Made by a program: the position numbers and the translations under genes
Notes under the pieces: model-generated
The model's input: the letters and a program-made list of their open reading frames with translations, nothing else
Databases searched by the model: none
What the model was told of the DNA's origin: nothing
Shown here: positions 52,229 to 59,926 of the stretch, one piece after another
How the letters are laid out: every line of letters starts with the position of its first letter
How positions within the stretch are numbered: the first letter of the stretch is position 1
Origin: Candidatus Omnitrophota bacterium
GTDB lineage: Bacteria; Omnitrophota; Gorgyraeia; Zapsychrales; JBAZNR01
DNA length: 64,000 nucleotides
Assembly (NCBI GenBank): GCA_041649175.1
Contig: JBAZNR010000001.1
Location: forward strand, 386,332-450,331
Direction: 5' to 3'

Positions 52229-53752
52229 TCACTTCACCGGATTAACATCATCCACCGGCGTTACCCATTTACGACCGCCGCTATCGGCAATAGCGCTTCG
52301 GACATAAAGCATTTTCTCAGCCTTGTTATAACAAGTTTGATTAAGATTTGCCTCTGACGAACATTCTCCCGCATTGGCCACGCAAACTTCAACAGCCGGA
52401 TTATCACAACCAGGATTCCAAGCACATTTATCGCCGTGGCTTCCGCAGCTGTCTGATCCATAGTTACAATATTCCGAATCATTAGGATTGAGATCAAGGC
52501 AACCATGCCGCGCCCAAAAGGGAACTTCTCCACAGGCCTCGTGGATATTATCATCTCCGGCTAAACAATTCCACATACGCCCCGTATCGTTGCTCAGTTG
52601 AAACTGCCGTTCAATAACATCGGTACAGTTTCTTTTTTGCGTATGACGAGTATATTGCTTGTCATCGTCATACAACTTTCCCTCTTCAACGGACATATGT
52701 GTTCCCTCAAAACACACCGAACGAATATAACTGTCTTGCTGAAATCCGGGGCGAGTTCCTTGCGGCCGTCCGGTAGCAGCTGTCGCCGGCGTATAGCCGC
52801 CACGCTCATCCCAAGTATTGTACGTTGTATCGATATCCCCATCCTGATAATCCATCACGTAAAACGTTTCAATGTTTGAAGTGCCTCCTTGGCAAATGGT
52901 ATCTAGGCCGCCGGTGTTACGCATGGTGGCAATGGCATCGCATTTTCCGTCGAAACCGCAGGCTTTTTGCACAAATTCTTCTTTTAAATCTCCGTCTAGA
53001 TCCAGCGAAATATTTTTTCCTTTATCAACATCGACACTGCCGCGTCTGATATCCACCGGTTTCCATTGCCAAGAAAACCTGCAGCGGGTGATGGGGACAC
53101 CTTCTACATCCGTATCTCCGTCCCTATCGAGATCGAAACGTTCATTTATTTGCGCGGCATTACAACTGCCTCGTCCTTCCGAACAATACGGGGAAGCCGC
53201 CGGAGCACAAAAACTATCATCCGCATTAACGATCTTCGTGTAAGCAACGGGGCATCCGATATTACCCGGCAGGCACATTTCATTCCATCCGAAATGGGGA
53301 TTGCCCGAAGCACCCGGAACTTGGATGATCTTAAAAGAAGCAGTAGAAAAATTGAATTGTTTTCCGTTAATATGAATGTCTTGAACAGGTATTTGTTCTG
53401 TATGCCCAAAGTCCGTTCCCATAAATAAATTGCGGGTAAATGTGCCTGTTCCGCCGAGAATATACGGCGTGCGGGAGCTGGAGCCGTATTTACCAGTTTC
53501 TACCGTTTTTCTATCTTCAATAAAAAGAACGCTGGCTGTATTGCGGGATGTGTTATTGGCTTGTCCGGAAAGAAATGAATTTTGCAAAGCTAAGCGCATG
53601 GCGCCCAAAGACTGATTTTGCACATAATTAAAATTGACCGCGTAGCGGATCATAGCCCCGAGGACAAAAATGAGGATAGCGCCAAAAATGGCCAACTCAG
53701 TGACTGTTTGGGCTTTTGGTTGGGCGAAAAACTTCTTTATTCTTTCTCTCAT
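52229..53752 (-). CDS. Large TadE/pseudopilin-like protein (about 507 aa) with a Cys-rich and Asp-rich ectodomain. The start is probably the ATG at 53,749-53,751 (MRERIKK...). The ORF-track start at 53,818 (TTG) would overlap flp7.
   Basis: The N-terminus KAQTVTELAIFGAILIFVLGAMI matches the TadE/Flp-type motif. The ectodomain has many Cys residues and Ca-binding-like D-x-D-x-D runs (DLDRDGDTD, DLDGD). Confidence 0.6.
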   Translation of the reverse strand: MRERIKKFFAQPKAQTVTELAIFGAILIFVLGAMIRYAVNFNYVQNQSLGAMRLALQNSFLSGQANNTSRNTASVLFIEDRKTVETGKYGSSSRTPYILGGTGTFTRNLFMGTDFGHTEQIPVQDIHINGKQFNFSTASFKIIQVPGASGNPHFGWNEMCLPGNIGCPVAYTKIVNADDSFCAPAASPYCSEGRGSCNAAQINERFDLDRDGDTDVEGVPITRCRFSWQWKPVDIRRGSVDVDKGKNISLDLDGDLKEEFVQKACGFDGKCDAIATMRNTGGLDTICQGGTSNIETFYVMDYQDGDIDTTYNTWDERGGYTPATAATGRPQGTRPGFQQDSYIRSVCFEGTHMSVEEGKLYDDDKQYTRHTQKRNCTDVIERQFQLSNDTGRMWNCLAGDDNIHEACGEVPFWARHGCLDLNPNDSEYCNYGSDSCGSHGDKCAWNPGCDNPAVEVCVANAGECSSEANLNQTCYNKAEKMLYVRSAIADSGGRKWVTPVDDVNPVK

Positions 53753-53759
53753 CAATATT

Positions 53760-54086
53760 TTATTCTCCGGCCACGGCGGAAGAGCCGCGGGTTCGCTCGA
53801 CACTATTTGAAGAATCAATACGAGTCGTCACTATTCCGTCTTCTCCATTCACTGTTGCGTTACTTGTTGTGATCCAGCTCACAGCGTCGGAAGTGATCGT
53901 ATGATTAATATGAGTATTCATCAGCGTCGGGTCATATTGCTCGCCTAAATTATCCACCGATTCTTTCCAGTTTCCCTGAATACCACGCTTCACATAAGTA
54001 CTGACCGCCACAAAAGCCCCTAAAATAATGATGATCAAAATCGCGTATTCCAAAGTTGTCTGAGCCTGATGTTTTTTTATGCGCAT
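53760..54086 (-). CDS. flp: Flp-type pilin paralogue 7 (108 aa)
   Basis: The N-terminus KKHQAQTTLEYAILIIIILGAFV fits the Flp motif (x)QxTxEY plus hydrophobic stem. Its stop lies 7 nt before the next gene. Confidence 0.65.
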   Translation of the reverse strand: MRIKKHQAQTTLEYAILIIIILGAFVAVSTYVKRGIQGNWKESVDNLGEQYDPTLMNTHINHTITSDAVSWITTSNATVNGEDGIVTTRIDSSNSVERTRGSSAVAGE

Positions 54087-54088
54087 AT

Positions 54089-54418
54089 TTACTCCCCGGG
54101 CGTAAAGCCCATATTGACCAAAGAATCCGATGAAGATGTTATTTCGTCATTAAAAACATAAGTAATATCATTGACCTGATGAATGAGCTGGCGATTCATA
54201 ATGCTATGACTATTTGAAACAGAATTGACCACATATTGATCCGTCGCTCCGGATTCTTGTTCCGACGCGCTTTGCGGAGCCAGCTGATCGGCGGCTAATC
54301 TTACCACATCTTGTAATCCGCGCCTGATGGGTGGGGACATCACCACCAAAGCGGTGGAAACAATTCCGACCAAAATAATGTATTCCATCAACGATTGGCC
54401 GCGCGTCATTTTTAACAT
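54089..54418 (-). CDS. flp: Flp-type pilin paralogue 6 (109 aa)
   Basis: The N-terminus MTRGQSLMEYIILVGIVSTALVV carries the G/QSxxEY class-III motif. Confidence 0.65.
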   Translation of the reverse strand: MLKMTRGQSLMEYIILVGIVSTALVVMSPPIRRGLQDVVRLAADQLAPQSASEQESGATDQYVVNSVSNSHSIMNRQLIHQVNDITYVFNDEITSSSDSLVNMGFTPGE

Positions 54419-54421
54419 ATT

Positions 54422-54793
54422 TTATCCGCCTTCTCCCGGAGGAAGTTGTACAGATACCGTATTAACAGACGTTGTATCGTCCTGTGACTTCCTGGAAATT
54501 CCAGTGCTTCCGCCGGGCAAAAGGATCTTATTTTGTTGAATACTGCGTTCTATATCAGAATTCGTCGCGGCATAATACGGTTCATATTCGCCGTAAAGCC
54601 TGCCGACGGCATTCGCTTCCACGCTGGCGTCTTTGACGATGTCCATCATGGTTGATTTGGCGTCATGAAGCCGCCCTTGCAAAGCCCGTTTTAACACAAT
54701 GGTCATCGCCATCAGCGCGGCGATCACCAGCGCGATCATGATAGCGTGTTCATTGGCCATTTGTCCGTTTTGACGAAAGAATATTTTACGCAT
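54422..54793 (-). CDS. Flp-like pilin paralogue 5 (123 aa), a divergent copy
   Basis: The N-terminus RQNGQMANEHAIMIALVIAALMAM is a divergent Flp-like motif. Confidence 0.5.
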   Translation of the reverse strand: MRKIFFRQNGQMANEHAIMIALVIAALMAMTIVLKRALQGRLHDAKSTMMDIVKDASVEANAVGRLYGEYEPYYAATNSDIERSIQQNKILLPGGSTGISRKSQDDTTSVNTVSVQLPPGEGG

Positions 54794-54880
54794 AAATTTC
54801 TACGAAATGTATTTTATATTTTAGATGAAAACAAGGTAAATCAAAAACGAAATTTGTTGAAGCTGCCCCGACTCGTGTGC

Positions 54881-55011
54881 TGCGGCGAAATTCTTTTCAA
54901 TAATTTCGCCGCACTCGTCGAGGTTCACTTTCTTCGTCTACAAACGTAGATGAAGAAAGTGAAAAAACACACATGGCTTACCCGAAGGTTTTTCTCTCCG
55001 GGTAAGCCATG
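54881..55011 (-). terminator. Three consecutive strong hairpins between flp4 and flp5, acting as an attenuator or partial terminator inside the operon
   Basis: At 54,972-55,011 a 13-bp stem catggcttacccg / cgggtaagccatg is followed on the minus-strand RNA by UGUGUUUUUU. At 54,926-54,961 there is a 16-bp perfect stem cactttcttcgtctac-aaac-gtagatgaagaaagtg. At 54,881-54,913 there is a 12-bp perfect stem tgcggcgaaatt-9-aatttcgccgca. Confidence 0.55.
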
Positions 55012-55029
55012 GTTTACAAACAATACAGG

Positions 55030-55365
55030 TTAATTTCCCCAATACTCCTGCTGTTGGTTGATGATCACCGTTTCAGAGTCGACATTGACCGTTTCTGCCT
55101 CAGTCAGCTCTGAGCGTGTAACGCCAGCATTGAACGTTTCTCTCGTTGAGCTAGTGGAGCTGGTTGTGCTATTAACCCTGGTGTTCCCGGGAGAGAATTG
55201 TTCGCCGATATCGTCGGCGGCCGATCTCAAACGCCCCTGAACACCTCTTTTAATGTAGAATTGAATGGACAGCAAAGCGCCGATGATAATAATGATCAAA
55301 ACAGCGTATTCCAACGTGCTTTGCGCCTTCATTTGTCTTAGTTTTTTTAACATTTTTATGTTCAC
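55030..55365 (-). CDS. flp: Flp-type pilin paralogue 4 (111 aa)
   Basis: The motif is KAQSTLEYAVLIIIIIGALL. A canonical ribosome-binding site, AGGAGGTG, precedes the ATG. Confidence 0.65.
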   Translation of the reverse strand: MNIKMLKKLRQMKAQSTLEYAVLIIIIIGALLSIQFYIKRGVQGRLRSAADDIGEQFSPGNTRVNSTTSSTSSTRETFNAGVTRSELTEAETVNVDSETVIINQQQEYWGN

Positions 55366-55399
55366 CTCCTAAAGAACTTAAGTTAGTGTGATCGATATT

Positions 55400-55801
55400 T
55401 TACGGAACCATTTCTATTTCAACGGCGCCACCACCTCCACCACCGCCGCCACCATCAGCTCCGGGGCCATTATATTGGTATTCCTGGAAACCACCTTCCA
55501 GGCGCTGAATATCGCTATTAGACGTCATCCCGATACCGCTTTCCGCTTCATTCATCACAACCGATGACTCGGAATTACGCGAGACATCGAATGCACTGGT
55601 CAGCTGTGTCGGTTCAAACTGCGTCGTTGTACCCAGCTCTGATGTATTATCGGCCATATACTGAGTAGCGTCATAAACTCTGGCCTGCAGAGCACGTTTG
55701 GCGTAAACCTGCATGGCAATGACCGCGCCGACGACAAGCGCGATCAAAATCGCGTACTCGGCGGTATTTTGCCCTCTTTTTTTGTTTAATTTTCTGAACA
55801 T
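55400..55801 (-). CDS. flp: Flp-type pilin paralogue 3 (133 aa) with a C-terminal poly-Gly tract of 10 residues
   Basis: The motif is KKRGQNTAEYAILIALVVGAV. The ribosome-binding site is AAGGAGGTG. The Gly tract is encoded by the ggyggyggy repeat at about 55,425-55,455. Confidence 0.7.
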   Translation of the reverse strand: MFRKLNKKRGQNTAEYAILIALVVGAVIAMQVYAKRALQARVYDATQYMADNTSELGTTTQFEPTQLTSAFDVSRNSESSVVMNEAESGIGMTSNSDIQRLEGGFQEYQYNGPGADGGGGGGGGGAVEIEMVP

Positions 55802-55849
55802 TTTATTTACACCTCCTTAAAAGGCTTTGATGTTCACATTAAAAATTAG

Positions 55850-56095
55850 TTACGGAATGACCACATCTTCATTGCCACCGCCGCCACCGCCACCTGAAGT
55901 ATGCGAATTGGAAAGTTTATCGGCCATGGTTTCCATTCCGTTAACGGTTGTCCCTAATGTACGGTCTAAGGCCGGGCGCAAAACTCCGCTGGGCCCTAAG
56001 AAAACGATGAGAACCGCCACAACTGCCGTCACTAAAATAATATACTCTAGTGTGCTTTGACCTCTTTTACTTTTTAGCTTCATGTTTTCATTCAC
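55850..56095 (-). CDS. flp: Flp-type pilin paralogue 2 (81 aa) with a C-terminal G7 tract
   Basis: The motif is KRGQSTLEYIILVTAVVAVLIVF. Confidence 0.7.
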   Translation of the reverse strand: MNENMKLKSKRGQSTLEYIILVTAVVAVLIVFLGPSGVLRPALDRTLGTTVNGMETMADKLSNSHTSGGGGGGGNEDVVIP

Positions 56096-56143
56096 CTCCT
56101 TAAGAGTGAACTTTTGTATGCTCCATAAAGCGAAGCAATATTT

Positions 56144-56299
56144 CTAGTTATCCCTCAATCCTTCTTCTACATTCTTTTGAGCTGCCTGAACCGCCCGGTA
56201 AACATAAGTACTCATGGTGATCATCGCCGCTGATACAAGAGCAATCACGAGGACATATTCTATTAGATTTTGTCCGTTTTTATTTTTCAGCCTCATCAT
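56144..56299 (-). CDS. flp: Flp-type pilin paralogue 1 (51 aa), not in the ORF track because it is under 60 aa
   Basis: Hand translated as MMRLKNKNGQNLIEYVLVIALVSAAMITMSTYVYRAVQAAQKNVEEGLRDN*. The ribosome-binding site AAGGAGGTG precedes the flp2 start in the spacer. Confidence 0.6.
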   Translation of the reverse strand: MMRLKNKNGQNLIEYVLVIALVSAAMITMSTYVYRAVQAAQKNVEEGLRDN

Positions 56300-56471
56300 C
56301 GCCTTGCCTATGTTTATCAAAGATTGTAGCCGCCCGCTTACAGCATCTCCGGCAACCGAAGAGCGAAGGATTTCATCCGCGCGGGCCCTCTATCTGTGAT
56401 CGCCTCTCGAAGACGATCACGTGAAAACGCCCGAGAATATCCATCGGGCGCAAAATACGTCATTTCTAAGC

Positions 56472-56504
56472 GAAAAAAAATCTCCGGAAAAATTTTCCGG
56501 AGAT
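56472..56504 (-). terminator. Rho-independent terminator after the 827-aa gene on the minus strand
   Basis: A perfect 9-bp stem atctccgga-aaaatttt-tccggagat (56,480-56,504) is followed on the minus-strand RNA by U8, seen as aaaaaaaa at 56,473-56,480 on the plus strand. The same ATCTCCGGA/TCCGGAGAT stem recurs at 45,073-45,096 in the giant-gene leader. Confidence 0.6.
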
Positions 56505-56682
56505 CACAATAGCTCCTTAAAAAATCATTAAGTAACGTGATGCAATATGTGTGAACAACGCTTGGTACCTTCATCATTTCTCCGTGGCTTAAGAAACAAT
56601 GAGACTTTGACTAAAATGGTATTACCTTTAATGCGTTATAAATATAACACATACAAAAAACAGGCGCAAGCACTTGTTTGGG

Positions 56683-59166
56683 TTAATTTTTCTCCTGATT
56701 TTCGATGCGGATTTGAAGCTTGCACCCCAAGGGATCACGCACATCGCTTTCGTTAAGGCGCGCCAGGGCATATTCCAGGTCTTTGCGGTAAAGATGGGTT
56801 GGGGGAAGAACAAGGCTCACAATGATACTATCCTTGCTCCTTTGAACAGAGCCGGATATTTGGTAAAAACGTTCTCTGATATCAGAAAAATTAAGCTTTT
56901 CATAGTGCAGTGGAAAGAAATGGCGCTGGCAATAGTTATTGAGCGCCGATAGAAGAAACTCAATATTCGTCTCCAAAGACGGCTCAGCCCTCAAAAGATT
57001 GTATTGGCCTCCTCCTTCTAACAAGTTAACTCGGTCATGGGACGGAGTAACGCTCACAACTCCATAAGAAGCTTTTTCGGTCCGGGCGGTAAAATCCTGA
57101 TAACTTTCTTGAAAGTTTGGCCAGCGAGCAAGAAAAGCGGCGATTACATCTTCCGCCGACATTTCTTCCGAAAGGATATTGGTGACGATCGCCATCACCG
57201 GCCAGTCTAAGGCGCTATCACGCAAAAGAAGGGCTCTCACGCGCGTTTTTTGCCCAATGAGCGGTTGTTCCAGTTTTGTTTTAAGTTCGCTGTAATACAC
57301 TTCTTTTCCGACGGAATCACAATAAAAATGATTGATCAAGCGCGCGTCTTCTTCGATAAATTTTCTGCATTCTTCCTGCCAGGGCCAGGCGCCGGCCATA
57401 AAAAGCCTTCGTTTGGCCGGAATAGCCGTAAACTTGGCGATCTCTTCTTTGTTGCCGTCAAAAATACCGATGCGGGATATGTTTTTTCCGGATGAATTTT
57501 CGAAACTTAAAAAAAGCTCATAGAACTGTTTCGCAAAACTCTTGTATCCGGGAATACTATTAATAATAACGGGCTGAACATTGCTAATGATATTTGAAGA
57601 AAGAGACTCAATGATCTTGTTCATGGGCATCGTAAATGCAGATTGAACATTATTTTCATTCCAAATCGTTTGAAATTGCCCGTCGACGCATATTTCAGAT
57701 TTATCCTGCGCTGTTATCTTGATATAGCTTATTTCAGAAAATGTCTGCGAGTACTCATTGGCCATTTGCATGGAAAGACTTTTGAGATTTTGAACGCTGG
57801 TGGTTAGTTTTTCTAATATTTCCGCGTTAAGATGTTGTTTTTGTTTGATGCCGTTGATCCCCCAAAGGCCGTCTTGGGTATAATTCTTAATATCCCCGAT
57901 TTTCTTAATATTAAACGCCGGAAAATATAAAAGCACTTCGCTGGCTAAATTGATATCGACCGGCAAATAAACTTCACTATGCTTGCTTAAAAGTCCGCCG
58001 AGCATAGACGCGTTCGATAACTGCCACTGGGCGGCTTTTAAAAAGAAACATCCCATCCCATCCCAAACGGGAGGTTTTTCTCCCGAAATAATTTCCGGCT
58101 TCTTTTCCGGAGAAAAATATTCCGCTTCCGGAGTCCATATTTTGTCATCAGAAGAGGCGGCCGGTTTTGGTGTAGCTTCTTTTGGCTTCTCTTCTTTGGA
58201 AGTTTCTTTCCCGGCAAAAGGATCGGCTAGTAGGGGGCTTTCCTGCGGAACCGTTGGCGCGATTTCCGGCATAGATTCCGGAACACTGTCCACAACAGCT
58301 TCGGGAACAGCCTCCGGTGCGGCTTCAGGAGCAGCTTCAGGAGCAACTTCAGGCACAGCCTCTGGCGCGACTTCAGGAGCGGCTTCAGGAGCGGCTTCAG
58401 GAGCAGCTTCAGGAGCAACTTCAGGCACAACTTCCGGGACAACTTCAGGGGTAATTTCCGGCGCAGGCTCCGGTACGGGTTCTGGGACACTTTCTTGAGG
58501 CGCGGGTTCAATTTTCTTTTCGGGAATAGATTGTTTTTCTTCCACGATCGGCGCTTGAGCCATAGGATCCGGAAGAAGTGAAATATATTCTTGCGGTTCT
58601 TCTTGTTCCGGTTCCAAAATAGGCAAAATAGGCTCTGTGGCGCTGGGCTCTTTCTCTATTTGAACTTCCTTAGAAATATCAGCTAGGGCTTCCGACTTCA
58701 CTTCGGTCAGATCCGGTAAAATAATGGGAGGTTTTTCGGAAGACTTTTCAGGAAGTTTTTCCTCTTTGGACATTTTTTCTTGCGAGGCTAAGTCTATTTT
58801 TCCAAGTTCCACGGAAATATCTTTATTTTTTGACGGTTCGACCGGAAATTGCTCTTTCGTAACCGAAATTTTTGGCGGCTCGTCATGAACAGAGAGCAGT
58901 GCTTGTTTTTCCGTAAATAATTGTTCTTTTCTTTTTTCGGGAATCTTGAATTTCTGCGGCTTGCCTTCTTTTTCGGCCCTTCTTCCGACGGGACTGCTAA
59001 GAGCTGAACTTTTCAGAATGGCGTTGACGGAGGATTTGGAAACTTCGCATTGAAATTTTTCGCGGATCAAATCGGAGATCTTGCGGCAGCTAAGATCGGG
59101 ATTATCCCGTTTTTGCGTGACAACAAAATCAATAACTTCCTGTTTTAATTTGTAAACAACACCCAT
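56683..59166 (-). CDS. 827-aa protein with an N-terminal HTH, a long Pro/Glu/Ala-rich region (including a PE(A/V) tandem repeat) and a C-terminal domain of unknown function, possibly transposase-derived
   Basis: The HTH-like N-terminus is ...LSCRKISDLIREKFQCEVSKSSVNAILK. A Pro/Glu/Ala-rich segment about 250 aa long includes the uninterrupted tandem repeat PEVVPEVVPEVAPEAAPEAAPEAAPEVAPEAVPEVAPEAAPEAAPEAVPEAV. The C-terminal 450 aa contain an RW...E...K stretch, AAFLARWPNFQESYQDFTARTEK, that loosely recalls the DDE-transposase YREK region. No TIRs were seen. Confidence 0.55.
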   Translation of the reverse strand: MGVVYKLKQEVIDFVVTQKRDNPDLSCRKISDLIREKFQCEVSKSSVNAILKSSALSSPVGRRAEKEGKPQKFKIPEKRKEQLFTEKQALLSVHDEPPKISVTKEQFPVEPSKNKDISVELGKIDLASQEKMSKEEKLPEKSSEKPPIILPDLTEVKSEALADISKEVQIEKEPSATEPILPILEPEQEEPQEYISLLPDPMAQAPIVEEKQSIPEKKIEPAPQESVPEPVPEPAPEITPEVVPEVVPEVAPEAAPEAAPEAAPEVAPEAVPEVAPEAAPEAAPEAVPEAVVDSVPESMPEIAPTVPQESPLLADPFAGKETSKEEKPKEATPKPAASSDDKIWTPEAEYFSPEKKPEIISGEKPPVWDGMGCFFLKAAQWQLSNASMLGGLLSKHSEVYLPVDINLASEVLLYFPAFNIKKIGDIKNYTQDGLWGINGIKQKQHLNAEILEKLTTSVQNLKSLSMQMANEYSQTFSEISYIKITAQDKSEICVDGQFQTIWNENNVQSAFTMPMNKIIESLSSNIISNVQPVIINSIPGYKSFAKQFYELFLSFENSSGKNISRIGIFDGNKEEIAKFTAIPAKRRLFMAGAWPWQEECRKFIEEDARLINHFYCDSVGKEVYYSELKTKLEQPLIGQKTRVRALLLRDSALDWPVMAIVTNILSEEMSAEDVIAAFLARWPNFQESYQDFTARTEKASYGVVSVTPSHDRVNLLEGGGQYNLLRAEPSLETNIEFLLSALNNYCQRHFFPLHYEKLNFSDIRERFYQISGSVQRSKDSIIVSLVLPPTHLYRKDLEYALARLNESDVRDPLGCKLQIRIENQEKN
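58230..58500. repeat. Near-perfect 9/18-bp tandem DNA repeat encoding the PE(A/V) array (gcttcaggagcRgcttcaggagca...)
   Basis: About 15 units are seen directly. This explains the artefactual ORFs 57983..58498(+) and 58227..58511(-). Confidence 0.7.
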
Positions 59167-59245
59167 AAATGACGGCGCAATTCTAAGTTAGCAGTTTGGA
59201 CATTTCTTTAATAAGATTGGCTCTATCATATACTACCTATTTTAG

Positions 59246-59575
59246 GTGAGTCAAGCTTTTTATCCGCAAACAGGACTAAAAAAGCAAATAACCTTAGATT
59301 TTGCTTGCCAAATAACCTTTGCCGTAGTTAAATACCTTATGCTCAAAAAATGTCCTTACTGTTTTGAGATCGCCAGCGAAGGAATGAACAAATGCCCCGT
59401 TTGCCTTCAGTTCATTATTGACCCACTCATTGATTCGGAATATAAAAGTATTGATAAAAAGAAATGTTTTTTCTGCGGGAAGAATATCCTCAAAGAGGCT
59501 CGCATCTGCCGCTTTTGCCATCAATGGATCGACGAAGTTGACCGCACGGCAGGGGATATTGAGCGAATTGATTAA
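59246..59575 (+). CDS. Small zinc-ribbon protein with four CxxC pairs (CPYC, CPVC, CFFC, CRFC). It may start at an internal Met.
   Basis: Eight Cys in four evenly spaced CxxC pairs within 80 aa is highly non-random. It is the only convincing plus-strand gene. Its stop overlaps the stop of the convergent DUF192 gene in the sequence ttaa. Confidence 0.5.
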   Translation: MSQAFYPQTGLKKQITLDFACQITFAVVKYLMLKKCPYCFEIASEGMNKCPVCLQFIIDPLIDSEYKSIDKKKCFFCGKNILKEARICRFCHQWIDEVDRTAGDIERID

Positions 59576-59916
59576 CCTTCTTGAGTTATAGAATCTCCAA
59601 GGCAAGTACCTGAGGCCTGGATCGTTCCGGCGGGTAGTTCTATCGCGCGCTGCGCCTTCCAAAAAATAGGGCTTAATGAAAACGGTTTGATGTTTTTAAC
59701 GAGCCCTACCACCGAGTTATCCTTTCCGACGAAGATCACATCAATAGAAAAACGCATAAAGAACATATGGATGGAATTGCAGGATTCGATGACCAACGCT
59801 TCCGATGGAAGGATTTGTTTTCTGTTCAAAAGTCCGATCATTCTCGAAAGCGGCGTATCAGCGATAGCCACCTGATCAGCGATAACCGTTTGGCGTGTCG
59901 TATTAATGATCTTCAC
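59572..59916 (-). CDS. DUF192-family small protein
   Basis: The 114-aa sequence ...ADTPLSRMIGLLNRK...ALVIESCNSIHMFFMRFSIDVIFV... resembles the conserved DUF192 (COG1430) core. Confidence 0.5.
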   Translation of the reverse strand: MKIINTTRQTVIADQVAIADTPLSRMIGLLNRKQILPSEALVIESCNSIHMFFMRFSIDVIFVGKDNSVVGLVKNIKPFSLSPIFWKAQRAIELPAGTIQASGTCLGDSITQEG

Positions 59917-59926
59917 GATGGATATT

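Noticed and set aside
56300-56470. Possible flp-operon promoter (TACAAT about 20 nt upstream of the flp1 ATG) and a CACGTGATCG..CGATCACAG inverted repeat
   Set aside because: No convincing -35 element at proper spacing was found. The signal is too weak to call without transcript data, so it is mentioned only here.
57983-58511. ORFs 57983..58498(+) and 58227..58511(-) and the question of a CRISPR-like array
   Set aside because: They arise from the 9/18-bp PE-encoding tandem repeat read in alternative frames or strands, giving poly-SGA and KLLLKP translations. The period is 9 bp with no spacers, so it is not CRISPR.
59294-59662. ORF 59294..59662(-) of 122 aa
   Set aside because: It overlaps the four-CxxC zinc-ribbon gene on the opposite strand and has no motifs. 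The zinc-ribbon reading is far less likely to arise by chance.
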